64,000 bases of DNA from a virus: the IMG/VR virus record IMGVR_UViG_3300027804_002057, one strand, 5' to 3'. The notes beneath the pieces are model-generated. The model was not told where the DNA came from, did not search any database, and was given only the letters and a program-made list of their open reading frames with translations. Made by a program: the position numbers and the translations under genes. The stretch's first letter is position 1, and every line of letters starts with the position of its first letter. Below are positions 7,614 through 17,706 of this stretch, piece by piece.

Positions 7614-9200
7614 TTAATTTATAAATTTTTTAGCGTATCTTTCAAAATACTGAATGTTTATTTTATCCATATTATTGTTAAACCAATTATAGTATTTTTC
7701 ATATACTTTATTTATTTCTTCATCGGATAATTTTTCCAAAGGTCTTTTAGCAAAATCTACCGATTGATTTTTGTGTTGTTCAAAATTATCAGGCGAATTT
7801 ATATTACCACTTTGTTTATGACCTGCAACTTCTGCTGGGTCACTCCAATTAAAACAATACGATGGTACATAATTTTTATTATGTTCATCTAATTGCGCTT
7901 CATCTCTTAATTTTGTGTACCAACTCAATCCTTCATATCCAGTAATATCTGAACGGAATCCTATTTCTCTGATTCTATTCATCTTTATAATAACACTTGC
8001 TTCTAATGTATTCATAACAAGCATAGTATTACTTTGAGTTGAAAAGAAACTCATTTCAGGTTTCCAAGCATCTCTACGATTTTCTCTAATACCATCAACT
8101 GCCTGTTCTAAATGCCAAGGTAAATAAATGTCATCATCATCTGCCAACATAAAGTAATCTCCAGTTGCATGAGTTACAGCATCTCTACATATCTGTCCTC
8201 TATTTTCATAAGGCTCTCCGGTTTGATAATCCTTTGAATTATTTACGATTATAATAGAAGGGTCATCAAATCCTAAAGTGTATGGATGTTCTTCATCCGT
8301 ATTGAAGATAACTAATTCTTTATTTTCATATGTTTGTGCATGATATTGAGCTACTATTCTTTCTACACAAGTAAATCTACCATAGGTTGTACATACAAAA
8401 CTAACCTTACCATCTTTTAGATATTCTTTATATTTTTGAATACCATCATATATGTTTACATTAGGTTGCCATCCACCCATAAATTTATCAGGAGAACTAT
8501 ATGTATTAAATTGATAACCCGTTGGTATATCACTTTCTTCTAAATAGGAGTATGGAATACCCAATGTATCAAATATAGTTTCAAATTCAACACTTTGTCC
8601 TGTTGCTACTTCGTACCATTTTCCTTTTAAAGAATCATAATAATCTAATGCATAAAAATTGGCACGAACTACATCATCTATGTAAACAAAATCTCTTTTT
8701 GGTTTGCCTGGAAATAACTTAACTTCATCTTTATTTATATTCTGATAAATCATAGATGCCATATTACCCTTATGTTCTTCACCAGGTCCATATACATTAA
8801 AATATCTTAATGCAATTCCACCTTTAGCTACAACATAATCTTCACCTAATAACTTACTCCAACCATATAAATTAGAAGGTTTATTATAATCAACACCATA
8901 AACAGCTGCAGATGATGAATAAACTAATTTTTTATTATTCAACACACACCAATCCATCAACCATTTAGTTGAAAGATAATTTCTTTCTAACATAAAATCA
9001 ACATCGGTATTCAATGTATCCGAGCAAGCACCTACATGAAGTATTGCATCTGGATTTATATTATCCAAAAATCTTTCTAAGTATTCTTTTGGATTTGGTT
9101 CGTTAAAATATTCGACATCCAATTTAATATAATGATGTCCTAATTTATTCAATATATTTTTACCAATAAATCCTTTGTATCCCGTAACTAATACTACCAT
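7614..9200 (-). CDS. Fusion: ADP-heptose 6-epimerase-like SDR (HldD/RfaD-like) plus GT2 glycosyltransferase
   Basis: TGYKGFIG, HVGACSDT, YSSSAAVYG, YGWSK, LRYFNVYGPGEEHKGNMAS, then VSFVCTTYGR and ADDDDIYLP GT-A motifs. Confidence 0.8.
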   Translation of the reverse strand: MVVLVTGYKGFIGKNILNKLGHHYIKLDVEYFNEPNPKEYLERFLDNINPDAILHVGACSDTLNTDVDFMLERNYLSTKWLMDWCVLNNKKLVYSSSAAVYGVDYNKPSNLYGWSKLLGEDYVVAKGGIALRYFNVYGPGEEHKGNMASMIYQNINKDEVKLFPGKPKRDFVYIDDVVRANFYALDYYDSLKGKWYEVATGQSVEFETIFDTLGIPYSYLEESDIPTGYQFNTYSSPDKFMGGWQPNVNIYDGIQKYKEYLKDGKVSFVCTTYGRFTCVERIVAQYHAQTYENKELVIFNTDEEHPYTLGFDDPSIIIVNNSKDYQTGEPYENRGQICRDAVTHATGDYFMLADDDDIYLPWHLEQAVDGIRENRRDAWKPEMSFFSTQSNTMLVMNTLEASVIIKMNRIREIGFRSDITGYEGLSWYTKLRDEAQLDEHNKNYVPSYCFNWSDPAEVAGHKQSGNINSPDNFEQHKNQSVDFAKRPLEKLSDEEINKVYEKYYNWFNNNMDKINIQYFERYAKKFIN

Positions 9201-9994
9201 ATACCGCCATTTACAAATTCTTTAAGATATGGTGTAGAATTTGTGTTTATTTCATTATCTTCAATAAACTTTTCAATTCTAACTCTACCATATATTTGCT
9301 GCATAGCCATACCACCTTCCAATAAAAATCCATCTTCAGAAGTATTGGTATAATTTATTTTATTTTCTCCAACCGTTCTTTCTAAAAATCTTGCAAATCG
9401 TTGTTCAAATATACCACTCGTATCATCACACCAATCACTCCATCCTTCCTTACCTATATGTCCAACTAATGCGTCAGGTCTACATCCAAATATTCTAGTA
9501 GAACGTTCATATCCACCTATGTTAGCTCTATGCCAAGTCATAACATCTTTATCTGCTAATTCATTTGGTAGTTCTGACAAAACATCTTTAACTAATATTG
9601 ATGTTCCCGTAAGTTTTAAACAATAATTTTGTTTATCAATATTTCTATCACCCATAATTGCAGCTTGCATTAATCCCAACGCAACAGAAGTTGCTTCACC
9701 TCTTTGTTTTCCTAGTCTTGGATTAAAATGTATAACTTTAAATTGTTCAATTTGCGGAAACCATTTATGAGCATCATATAATAAATTCACATCTGAACAA
9801 TAGTTGTTTGGTTTCACCACATTATATGGGTCTTCAGATTGATGCATATTAACTGCTGCCTCAGTATCCATATTTGGTGTAGAACTATCTACTATAATAA
9901 CACTAAATCTATCTTTTATTATTTGTGCGTTTAATGATAAAGATAATAATGTTTGTTTTATTCTATTACAAGATGTTAATAAAAGTATATTCAT
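9194..9994 (-). CDS. Hypothetical protein, possible GT-A fold
   Basis: LLLTSCNR, VIIVDSS, LKLTGT; lies within glycan operon. Confidence 0.55.
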   Translation of the reverse strand: MNILLLTSCNRIKQTLLSLSLNAQIIKDRFSVIIVDSSTPNMDTEAAVNMHQSEDPYNVVKPNNYCSDVNLLYDAHKWFPQIEQFKVIHFNPRLGKQRGEATSVALGLMQAAIMGDRNIDKQNYCLKLTGTSILVKDVLSELPNELADKDVMTWHRANIGGYERSTRIFGCRPDALVGHIGKEGWSDWCDDTSGIFEQRFARFLERTVGENKINYTNTSEDGFLLEGGMAMQQIYGRVRIEKFIEDNEINTNSTPYLKEFVNGGIW

Positions 9995-9995
9995 T

Positions 9996-10679
9996 TTAAT
10001 CAATTAATCCTTTTGCAAATTTTTCTTTATTGGTATGTTCCCAACTATATAACGCATGATGTTTTAAAACTTCATTTTGAAAAGTGTTATAATCACCATA
10101 TTCTATATTATGTTTATCCAAATGTCCTCTTACTACACTATGGTAATGCCAAATTTCATTACTAAATTCGTTTTCCAATCCCAAATATCTTTTAGCTTCA
10201 ATTCCTGTCCATCCTGGCGAATATGGTGCGTTGCAATAACCATATTCAATTGGCATACTATCAATCATATGTTTAACCATTGGATGTTCTTTTTGAAAAG
10301 CAAATACGTTATTTGTTAATGTATAATCACAATGTTGCCAACCAACTCCCCAATGTCCAAAAACAATACCATCTCTATTTTCTAAGTTAAGAGAATCCAA
10401 GCTTTGTTTGAATTCCCAATCAATATCTAAGTACCAACCACCATGCTCATAAACAACTAACCATCGTATCATATCTGCACAAAATACATAATCTTTTCTT
10501 TCGTACATCGTATCATACATTTGTTGTAATCTTTCTGGTATTTGTGGTAAATTATCATCGGTCCACAAATTGTATTTGTAATCGGGATGTTTATCTCTAA
10601 TTTCTTCCGATATTCTTTTTTCTCTACTTGGTATAGGGTACTTACCAACCCAAACCTGATTTATAACTTTATCTATCAT
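9996..10679 (-). CDS. GT32 (OCH1-like, DxD) glycosyltransferase
   Basis: IDKVINQVWVG, HPDYKYNLWTD, ADMIRWLVVYEHGGWYLDID. Confidence 0.85.
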   Translation of the reverse strand: MIDKVINQVWVGKYPIPSREKRISEEIRDKHPDYKYNLWTDDNLPQIPERLQQMYDTMYERKDYVFCADMIRWLVVYEHGGWYLDIDWEFKQSLDSLNLENRDGIVFGHWGVGWQHCDYTLTNNVFAFQKEHPMVKHMIDSMPIEYGYCNAPYSPGWTGIEAKRYLGLENEFSNEIWHYHSVVRGHLDKHNIEYGDYNTFQNEVLKHHALYSWEHTNKEKFAKGLID

Positions 10680-11263
10680 AGCTTTGTTATTTCAAAAATT
10701 AAATCATCATATCTACCTTTTACATCTCTACTATCAAATATTTTTGTAGATACGTTAAAATTATTATCTTTTATTAGTTTTTCAAACTTTTCAAATCTAT
10801 CATATTCCTGCACATCTTCTATAATAATTTTACCACCCGGTTTTATTTTAGGTAACCAATATTGAATACAATACATTTGCGATTCAAATGTATGTGGGCC
10901 ATCATCTATCAAATAATCAATAGAATTATCTTCAAATAAATCAACAGTGCTTTGTTGATAAGCATCTTGGAAAATACTTGTTGCTCCCTTAATTTCAAAT
11001 GGTTTTTTATGATTGTAATGATATGGATATTTTTCTATTGCTGTGATTTCTGCTTTACGAAGCCACTCTCTCCACAATACCATAGAATATCCATCACCAA
11101 TCCCAATCTCAACCAAATTTATTTCCGCATCTCTATTTGTAAATTCATTGGTATAATAAGAATTTATGTAATCATGTGTTGTACCTTTATCGGTAATATT
11201 AAACCCACTATATTTTTGAGTATAATAATTCCAAAATTCACTAAGTGTTTTTAAATCTTCCAT
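10676..11263 (-). CDS. Class I SAM-dependent methyltransferase (sugar O-methyltransferase-like)
   Basis: TDKGTTHDY, LVEIGI, IDDGPH, KPGGKIIIEDV. Confidence 0.85.
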   Translation of the reverse strand: MEDLKTLSEFWNYYTQKYSGFNITDKGTTHDYINSYYTNEFTNRDAEINLVEIGIGDGYSMVLWREWLRKAEITAIEKYPYHYNHKKPFEIKGATSIFQDAYQQSTVDLFEDNSIDYLIDDGPHTFESQMYCIQYWLPKIKPGGKIIIEDVQEYDRFEKFEKLIKDNNFNVSTKIFDSRDVKGRYDDLIFEITKL

Positions 11264-11850
11264 TATTTTTCTTTAAATTTAATTAATTGAGAACCTCTAA
11301 ATGTAGGTATATAAAGTGCCCACTCAATTCTATGTGAATAATCTCTCATAAATTGAGATACGGAATTTCTTACGTCTGTGTGATAATCATAGTCATCCAA
11401 AATAACGTAACGTGAATTTTCCATTGCCATTTTTAAATCGTGAATTTTACAATTATAATCGTGACAACCATCAATTGATACTAAATCAAAAAATTGTGGA
11501 AGTTCGGTTTGTTCTTGTGAATCTAAATGTTGAATTTCCCATTTACAATTTCCGTTATAGTATTCACCTATATTGTTTCTTGCTATTTCGTTATTACCAT
11601 AAGTTTCCAAATCCCAACCCAATGCATATTCTAAATTTTCAGAACCTAACATTGTTGGTAAAAATGAAAAACCAAAACGTACACCTATTTCCATAAATGT
11701 TTTTGGTTTGATTGTTTTTGCTATGGCATAGTACCATTCAAAGCAGTTACCACTCCATACATAATCGTAAGAGTCATACTTAGTAAAAAATTCAGATGGT
11801 ATTACATCGTGAATTGATTCGGGTTTGTTTTTAAATAATTCTTCTATCAT
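11263..11850 (-). CDS. Methyltransf_24 family methyltransferase
   Basis: MEIGVRFGFS, DLVSIDGCHDY, ILDDY; start at 11850 (ATGA overlap). Confidence 0.85.
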   Translation of the reverse strand: MIEELFKNKPESIHDVIPSEFFTKYDSYDYVWSGNCFEWYYAIAKTIKPKTFMEIGVRFGFSFLPTMLGSENLEYALGWDLETYGNNEIARNNIGEYYNGNCKWEIQHLDSQEQTELPQFFDLVSIDGCHDYNCKIHDLKMAMENSRYVILDDYDYHTDVRNSVSQFMRDYSHRIEWALYIPTFRGSQLIKFKEK

Positions 11851-13031
11851 AATAAAACTGATTTTTTTGCTGTTTTTTGTATTTCGTTCCAATAATGCCA
11901 ACTGGCAGTATTTTCTTTTATATTTAAATTTTCTAAATATGGTAATTTATCCATATATTGTGCTTTATAGAATTGTCCATTTTCACCGGTGGTTATTCCT
12001 GCATTATGCATTATATTATATTTGTTATAATCATCTTCATTTGATGTTGCCCAACTAAATTGAAGATTATCATGACAAATTGTTTGGTATCCCATTTTCC
12101 ACCCATTCCATAATACAGCCCACATATCAGCGCACCATATTTGTAATTCGTGATGTGTTGGGTCTTCTTGCTTTTTCTTTGTATTTAATTCAGATACATC
12201 TTTAAAAAGTATTTCACATTCCTTTTCAACCCTATCCCAAAAATAATGAGATATTCCCTTCATTATATATTGTGCACCAATTGCATTTAATTCATTTGCT
12301 TCAACCAATTTTTTATCAATACCAACTATTTCACACATCAAGTCTAAAACATCTTCACCTTTTGATTTTATGTAATTATGTCCAATATACCAGCGAGTAT
12401 CCGACCCGTACCACTTATCATCATTAATCATATCATTGGTAATCCAATCTTTAATTGGTTTAGTGAATATAATATCACAATCATGATAAAATATTGTTTC
12501 ATCTTTTAGATATGGATGTGCTTTAAAATGTTGTTTAAGTATATTAGGTCTGATTGATGATATGTAATCTTTTGTTACCCTAATATCATCATAAAAAAAG
12601 AATCTTGCTGCGTAATTGTTAGCAAGTTTAGACCAAGCTTCAGGAATTGTACCATCCTCTTTCCAACAAACAATATCAACATTGTTTAAGTTTACACCCA
12701 TTTCTATAAAGTTATTTAGCATAACTTCAACTTGCCATGTGTAATATGGAATTGCAGGTTGCGCCGATACGAATCTTAGATTTTTACTTATTTTGTATTT
12801 TACAAGTTGTTGTTCAACTTCATTCCACCTATCATCGGGACACTGTCCCATTTCGGCAGTAAATACTTTGGATTTTAACATACATCCACATAATGAACAT
12901 ACGTTTCTAACACCATCCATTTCTTTTTTATTAGGACACGAATTACAAACTTCAATTCGTTTAAATGCTAATTCATTTATTTCATCATTTGGGTCATAAT
13001 TAATTCCCCAAGATTTAAAAATTTCTTCCAT
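11847..13031 (-). CDS. Six-Cys domain fused to a putative protein O-glycosyltransferase (GT95 HPAT / GT96 peptidyl-serine galactosyltransferase-like)
   Basis: YYTWQVEVM, YISSIRPNIL, FYHDCDIIFTKP (DxD), GAQYIM, WCADMWA in the same order as GT95/GT96 motifs. Confidence 0.6.
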   Translation of the reverse strand: MEEIFKSWGINYDPNDEINELAFKRIEVCNSCPNKKEMDGVRNVCSLCGCMLKSKVFTAEMGQCPDDRWNEVEQQLVKYKISKNLRFVSAQPAIPYYTWQVEVMLNNFIEMGVNLNNVDIVCWKEDGTIPEAWSKLANNYAARFFFYDDIRVTKDYISSIRPNILKQHFKAHPYLKDETIFYHDCDIIFTKPIKDWITNDMINDDKWYGSDTRWYIGHNYIKSKGEDVLDLMCEIVGIDKKLVEANELNAIGAQYIMKGISHYFWDRVEKECEILFKDVSELNTKKKQEDPTHHELQIWCADMWAVLWNGWKMGYQTICHDNLQFSWATSNEDDYNKYNIMHNAGITTGENGQFYKAQYMDKLPYLENLNIKENTASWHYWNEIQKTAKKSVLL

Positions 13032-13078
13032 TTTATTTATAACCTTTATTTAGTATAACTATAAAATTTTATAATTTT

Positions 13079-13726
13079 TTAACAAGATGTACAAGGTGAA
13101 CCAGACCCAGCAAATTGAGGTACATATTCCTGATTTAATGATGTCATCGGTGATATATCTCCTAAGAATTCTAAATTACTAAAGTTCTCACCAATTTGTC
13201 CAGCCAATACATTAACAGTACCACAAGTCTGTCCATTGTTTATTATTACATATCCTTCGAATACAGAAGATAAATCACCTGTCCATCTGAAAGGTACTGA
13301 TATTTGAGTATCTACTGCAATACTTGAGTATGCAAATACATCAACATATCCACTTCCGTCTGCTCCACCAGCACATAAATTTATATTAACCTGAGTCAGA
13401 GGTGCCGCAGTAGTTGTTGATGTAGATGTTGTAGTTGGTGCTGCGGTTGTAGTTGTTGTAGTTGTAGATGTTGTAGTTGTAGATGTTGTAGTTGTTGTTC
13501 CACCTGCACATGGTATAGTTTGTGTTATTGCGTTTGTACAAGTTCCGGTTGATGTTACTGTAACTTGTGTTGCCGCATCATCCACACTCACACTCTTACC
13601 AGCAGTTAATTCAGTTTTAGTTGCGGTTGATGGAGTTACACTTCCCACATTTGCTGTGAGATTAAAATTTGGTCCTAAATCAGCCCCTAAACCAGCTCCT
13701 AATGTTAATGTTATATTTCTTGCCAT
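13079..13726 (-). CDS. Thr-rich mucin-like probable virion protein
   Basis: Poly-Thr/Ser linker ending AAP between Cys-containing modules; N-domain paralogous to 13761..15410; no signal peptide. Confidence 0.75.
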   Translation of the reverse strand: MARNITLTLGAGLGADLGPNFNLTANVGSVTPSTATKTELTAGKSVSVDDAATQVTVTSTGTCTNAITQTIPCAGGTTTTTSTTTTSTTTTTTTAAPTTTSTSTTTAAPLTQVNINLCAGGADGSGYVDVFAYSSIAVDTQISVPFRWTGDLSSVFEGYVIINNGQTCGTVNVLAGQIGENFSNLEFLGDISPMTSLNQEYVPQFAGSGSPCTSC

Positions 13727-13760
13727 TTTATTTTTATTAATCTATAATTTCAAGTTAGGG

Positions 13761-15410
13761 TTAAGATGTATAAGTTGTTACTACACCTGAACTATTAATG
13801 AATGCAGCATAATTTGTACCTGCTCCATTTAATTGTACACGATACCATAAATCACCACCATTAAATGTAGTACTTAATCCCGAATCAGTATAGAATGTAG
13901 TTACATTCCCTATCATAGCATTACTATTTGAATATCTAGTTGGGCCTCCTGAAAACGATGCCAAAGCTGCTGCAGATGTACTATATCCTGTGCCACTTCC
14001 GTGGAATACCCACGAATAAGCAGCAGATGTTGTTGTAGTTGTTGTTGCCGAATCACACACAATTGTTAATCCATCATAAGTACATTGTGCTGCTGCCGCT
14101 GTGGTTGTTGATGTACTAGTCGATGTAGATGTACTTGTAGTTGTTGGTGCACCAGTTGTTGTTGATGTAGTTGTAGTTGTTGTTGTTTCATTTGGTGCCA
14201 ACGTTGTAGTAGTTGTAGTTGTTGGTGCACCAGTTGTTGTTGATGTAGTTGATGTTGATGTAGTTGATGTTGAAGTACTTGTAGAAGTAGACGTTGTTGG
14301 TGGCAACGTTGTACTCGTAGAAGTAGATGTTGAAGTAGTAGATGTTGAAGTAGATGTTGATGTAGTTGATGTAGATGTAGAAGTACTTGTTGAAGTTGTT
14401 GTACCAGGACAAGCAGTTTCTAAACTCAATGTACCATCGGTAGTTATTAAACATATACCAACACCTTTATTAACTGTTGTACAACCATTTAATTCGTCAA
14501 ATTGTTGTGAACAAACATTTTCAGTTGCACCAGCTGCAATAGTTAATAATGTAACAACTCCATCACAATCTCTAAATTGAATATTAACCGCACTTGCGCC
14601 ACCATTTGTAACATCATATTCAAAACAAGTTGGTGATACATACCAATAATTAGTACCATCCGAATACCACCCAGCAGGCGCCAATGTAGTTAATGAACCA
14701 TTTGTGTATATAACAGTTCCATCTCCCAACAATGAACCATTTTCTGCATAATAAGTTGTTGCAGATTGGTAACAAGCATCACCGCCACTAATTGTACTAT
14801 ATCTTAAACTAAATGTAGCCGGAGCCTGTGTTGTTGTAGTAGTTGATGTTGGTCCAGCGGTAGTAGTTGATGTGGATGTAGAAGTTGATGTAGTTGTAGT
14901 TGGTGCTCCGGTTGTTGTAGTTGTTGATGTTGTTGCACAAGAACCATTTGAAGATATAACACCCAATACACCAGTAACTCTAAACCAATTCGTACCATCT
15001 GAATAAAATCCAAGATTAACCGGTGTAGTTAATTGTTGGTCATAATATAAAGCCACACCGTTTGCCAAAACAGCGCCATTTGCCGCATAAACTATTCTCG
15101 GGTCTATTGTTCTATTTGTACAAGATATAAATGGATTAGCCGCATCATACCCTATCGTAAATTGAGCAGGTGCTGCGGTAGTTGTTGTAGTTGTTTGGCC
15201 CGATATATTGATATTAATTGATGTTGTACATGCGCCAGTTGATGTAACCGTAACTTGAGTTGCGGATGCATCGACATCAACTAATTTACCAGCCAGCAAT
15301 TCACTTCTTGTTGCGGTGCTAGGTGTAACACTCCCCACATCTGCTGTGAGATTGAAATTAGGCCCTAAATCAGCCCCTAATCCAGAATTAAGTGTTATAG
15401 TTACATACAT
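13761..15410 (-). CDS. Thr-rich mucin-like probable virion protein
   Basis: Four Thr/Ser tracts (longest about 100 aa) separating repeated YSDGTN modules. Confidence 0.75.
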   Translation of the reverse strand: MYVTITLNSGLGADLGPNFNLTADVGSVTPSTATRSELLAGKLVDVDASATQVTVTSTGACTTSININISGQTTTTTTAAPAQFTIGYDAANPFISCTNRTIDPRIVYAANGAVLANGVALYYDQQLTTPVNLGFYSDGTNWFRVTGVLGVISSNGSCATTSTTTTTGAPTTTTSTSTSTSTTTAGPTSTTTTTQAPATFSLRYSTISGGDACYQSATTYYAENGSLLGDGTVIYTNGSLTTLAPAGWYSDGTNYWYVSPTCFEYDVTNGGASAVNIQFRDCDGVVTLLTIAAGATENVCSQQFDELNGCTTVNKGVGICLITTDGTLSLETACPGTTTSTSTSTSTSTTSTSTSTSTTSTSTSTSTTLPPTTSTSTSTSTSTTSTSTTSTTTGAPTTTTTTTLAPNETTTTTTTSTTTGAPTTTSTSTSTSTSTTTAAAAQCTYDGLTIVCDSATTTTTTSAAYSWVFHGSGTGYSTSAAALASFSGGPTRYSNSNAMIGNVTTFYTDSGLSTTFNGGDLWYRVQLNGAGTNYAAFINSSGVVTTYTS

Positions 15411-15439
15411 CTTTTATATATATCTTTTCTTTTCATTTT

Positions 15440-17665
15440 TTATATTGAACATGCTAGCCCACAACTATTAAATGATTGTTCATACATTATCAAACCAGGT
15501 CCTGTTGATGGAGTTGTAGATGTTAATTGATATGCATATCCATCAGGAGTAGGTGTTGAATACCATTTGTTAATAACTGGAGTAAATGTGTCCGGAAACG
15601 CTATTTCAGTAGCCTCAACAAAAGCTCCACAATTTGGTGCATCACATACATATTTGTCCGCAGGATAAGCTATATAATTAATACCAGCAGTAGTTGTAGT
15701 TGTAGTAGTTGGTGCTGCAGTTGTAGTTGTTGTGGTAGTTCCACAAGTTTGTACAAAATCATAAATTATATAATGATAGAATCCACCACCATCGTCTGTT
15801 AATCTAATAACATCATTGCCGATTCTATAATGATTTTGACTTAAAGAATATGGTGCGCCGGAAATTACACCAGGCCCACAACCGCTATCAAAGTATAATT
15901 CACTACCAGCTATCAATGGACTATCATATGAATAAACTGTGAAATTATTTGTAGCCGTACATGCATCATTAGGGTCAGTAAATCCTATCACAATTGGTAA
16001 TCCATCATCATAATCATAGTACATTGTATATGAATATGGTGGTAATGGTCCACAAGTTGTAGTTGTAGTGGTTGTTGTACCAGCTATTGTTGTTGTACTT
16101 GTTGTAGTTGGTGCAGCCGTTGTAGTAGATGTTGAAGTAGAGGTTGAAGTACTTGTAGTTGATGTAGTAGTTGTTGTTGCAGGTACTTCACCAACAAATG
16201 TCCAGTTAGAACCACTTACAATATAAGTTTTACCAGAATTAAATGTTACACCAGACGTGAAATCAACAGCCCCTTCATTCTTTCTATATAAATTAGTTTG
16301 ATTTACAATTAATATACCATCTTCAAATACTTTCAATGTTGCACTTGCTGTTGTGAAACTACCCCATAAATGCGAAGCCAATCCATCTTTTGTTTTTAAT
16401 GTAATATCAGATGAAATATTAGCAGGAACATATTGTGTATATGAACCACCATCAAAATAGTATGTAGAACCAGCCACTATCATATCCATATCTAAGTAAG
16501 GTGGATTTCCGCCATCATACTCATCTAATTGAACAGTTATTAATAATGGTGCTGCGGTAGTAGTTGATGTAGAAGTACTAGTAGTAGATGTAGAAGTACT
16601 TGTAGTCGATGTTGATGTACTTGTAGTTGATGTAGTTGTTGTTGATAAATTACAAGCAGAAATACAAGTTGGATATGAAGTTTCATCACAATCAACCGAT
16701 GTACCAGCAGTTGTTAATCCTATTGGTTTATAACTATATCCATCAGGTGTAGTTGGTCTATACCATCTATTAACATTTGCGTAGAATGTTGAACTAAATC
16801 TAATCTTAACAGTACCAGGTATCAAACTACAATCAGTACAATCGTATCTTCTTGCTGAATAGTAGTTGTAAGGAGATGCTGTTGTAGTAGATGTTGATGT
16901 TGAAGTACTTGTTGATGTTGAAGTACTTGTTGATGTTGATGTAGTTGTAGTTGATGTAGGTGCAGCCGTTGTAGTACTTGTTGTTGAAGTAGTTGTTGAA
17001 GTACTTGTAGTTGATGTACCATATACAATAACAACACTACCACCATTGTAAGTACATATTGGTGCTGCGGTTGTTGTTGTTGTAGTTGATGTTGATGTAG
17101 ATGTAGTAGTTGATGTAGATGTAGTAGTTGATGTTGCATTACAACTAACCGCCACATTATTTATTTGATAATTTCCAGCACTATCTCTTAATATAACAAA
17201 ATAAGTACCATTTGATAAACTCGTAAACTGATATGATGTTGCTCCTAATAATTCAGTTTGTGCGGCTGAAAATGCTTGTCCAGATGTTGTACCAATACCA
17301 ACACTATAATATGTACCATTTCCACCGGTAAATGAACCAATTGTAATTCTACCAGTTCCATTCAATCCAGTACCCGTACAATCCGATGATATTGAAAAAT
17401 TTACACCAGCTAATGTAGTTGTAGTTGTGGTTGGTAATGCCGTATATGAACATAAACAAGATGGATATGGATAGCAAGTTCCTACAATTTGTATAGTTGC
17501 TGCAGATGATGCTGACACAGTGTTTTCTATCGCAGCAAAATCTATTGAACGATTCTTATTATAGATTAAATGTCTTGGACTACCAAATCCTTCACATTCT
17601 GTCCATTCCACATAAGAATCAGTCTTTTCAGGAACCGATACTCTATAAATGTAAACATCTGCCAT
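15440..17665 (-). CDS. Thr-rich mucin-like probable virion protein
   Basis: Six Thr/Ser tracts separating Cys-rich modules; duplicated WY..TPDGYxY module. Confidence 0.75.
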   Translation of the reverse strand: MADVYIYRVSVPEKTDSYVEWTECEGFGSPRHLIYNKNRSIDFAAIENTVSASSAATIQIVGTCYPYPSCLCSYTALPTTTTTTLAGVNFSISSDCTGTGLNGTGRITIGSFTGGNGTYYSVGIGTTSGQAFSAAQTELLGATSYQFTSLSNGTYFVILRDSAGNYQINNVAVSCNATSTTTSTSTTTSTSTSTTTTTTAAPICTYNGGSVVIVYGTSTTSTSTTTSTTSTTTAAPTSTTTTSTSTSTSTSTSTSTSTSTTTASPYNYYSARRYDCTDCSLIPGTVKIRFSSTFYANVNRWYRPTTPDGYSYKPIGLTTAGTSVDCDETSYPTCISACNLSTTTTSTTSTSTSTTSTSTSTTSTSTSTTTAAPLLITVQLDEYDGGNPPYLDMDMIVAGSTYYFDGGSYTQYVPANISSDITLKTKDGLASHLWGSFTTASATLKVFEDGILIVNQTNLYRKNEGAVDFTSGVTFNSGKTYIVSGSNWTFVGEVPATTTTTSTTSTSTSTSTSTTTAAPTTTSTTTIAGTTTTTTTTCGPLPPYSYTMYYDYDDGLPIVIGFTDPNDACTATNNFTVYSYDSPLIAGSELYFDSGCGPGVISGAPYSLSQNHYRIGNDVIRLTDDGGGFYHYIIYDFVQTCGTTTTTTTAAPTTTTTTTAGINYIAYPADKYVCDAPNCGAFVEATEIAFPDTFTPVINKWYSTPTPDGYAYQLTSTTPSTGPGLIMYEQSFNSCGLACSI

Positions 17666-17706
17666 TAATTATCCAGTATTTGTTAGATACTAATAAGTAT
17701 ATATTA

